Part shown: positions 62,978-64,000 of the stretch, one piece after another | Numbering within the stretch: position 1 is the stretch's first letter | Layout: each line of letters begins with the position of its first letter | NCBI RefSeq assembly: GCF_006345805.1 | Contig: NC_043017.1 | Location: 5,332,001 to 5,396,000, forward strand | DNA: 64,000 bases | Direction: 5' to 3' | Origin: Octopus sinensis | Taxonomy: Eukaryota | Notes under the pieces: generated by a model | Told to the model about the DNA's origin: nothing | What the model saw: only the letters and a program-made list of their open reading frames with translations | The model's database searches: none | Translations under genes and position numbers: made by a program

Positions 62978-63384
62978 AATATATATATATAAAGTTAATC
63001 CAAACAAGAAAACAAAAAAACACAACAACGTGAGGACGTGGAACAAATATAGTATTATTGGACGCTCAGGAAAGAAGGGAAGAAGGATTTAACGTTTCGA
63101 GCGGAGCTCTTCGTCGGAAACATAGAAGGAAAGATCGATCCAGAGAAGGGAAGACAGAGAAAAAAATCGCCAACGGTACACACGAGGTCACACACACACA
63201 TATATATATATATATATGGCTCAGGCAGGGGTGAGTGATAAGTAGCTTGCTTCCCAACCACATGGATCCGAGTTCAGTCCCACTGTGTGACACCTTGGGC
63301 AAGTGCCTTCTATTATAGTCTTGAGTTGAACAAAGCCTTGTGAGTGGATTTGGTAGACGGAAACTGAAAGAAGCCCGTCATTTT

Positions 63385-63422
<38 letters not shown>

Positions 63423-63626
63423 TTAAAATGAGGGTGAAAAATTGTATATTAATTTAATGTCAATATAAAACCAGTGGTCTAGCATATATAATCTGATGGT
63501 TCAGAAAATTGTATTATATACATATGAGAAGGATGACCACTATGTAGACAACCCTTATGCTAGAAGTAGATCCGCTATGGTCTTACCACTAAGAAATGTC
63601 CTCTTGAGAACATTTCTTAGTGGTAA

Positions 63627-63668
<42 letters not shown>

Positions 63669-64000
63669 TATGAGGAAGTAATTAGACTTTCCGTTGTTGT
63701 CATACATTGCTTATCACAATGCACTTCGCATCGTTTTAGGTTTCGAATTATGCCACTCCGCTGGATAGGGGAGGAGGCCAACATTCTCCGGCGATCGGGG
63801 GGTCCTATTTACAGCTGAGTAGACTGGAGAGCTGTGTGAACTGAAGTGCTTTGCTCAAAAACACAACCCTCAGCTGGTCCGGGAATCGAAACCTCGACCT
63901 CATGATCGTGGATGCAACATGCCTAACCGCCAGATGGGTAGTGCTTCACTACATTTGTTTCAAACCTGTTTTTTTTTCTACTCTAGGCAAAAGGCACGAA

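Overview
AT-rich eukaryotic genomic DNA, most likely from an octopus (inferred from repeat content and very high microsatellite load, not proven). It holds the 3' end of one plus-strand gene, a SynGAP/DAB2IP/RASAL2-family RasGAP. Two exons are well supported: 10234-10436 and 46605-46854 (stop). They join in frame across a 36.2-kb phase-2 GT-AG intron and encode the C-terminal coiled coil ending EYRSSAC*. The rest is intron or intergenic sequence packed with tRNA-derived SINEs, RTE-LINE 3' ends, TTAA piggyBac-type MITEs, fold-back elements, minisatellites and a 6.4-kb CA-rich array. Nearly all long ORFs in the track are microsatellite artefacts. The most interesting unexplained signals are: (1) candidate alternative 3' ends at the conserved coiled-coil junction, notably two acceptors 31 nt apart giving a class I PDZ-ligand tail (-ISCL*) or a Pro-rich tail, with one TAG serving as both stop and acceptor; (2) unusual splice-site architecture at both exons; (3) repeat families carrying minimal hammerhead-ribozyme-like folds; (4) several long near-perfect palindromes. 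All splice-isoform and ribozyme ideas are sequence-based hypotheses with no expression evidence. Repeat family letters are my own labels and repeat boundaries are approximate.
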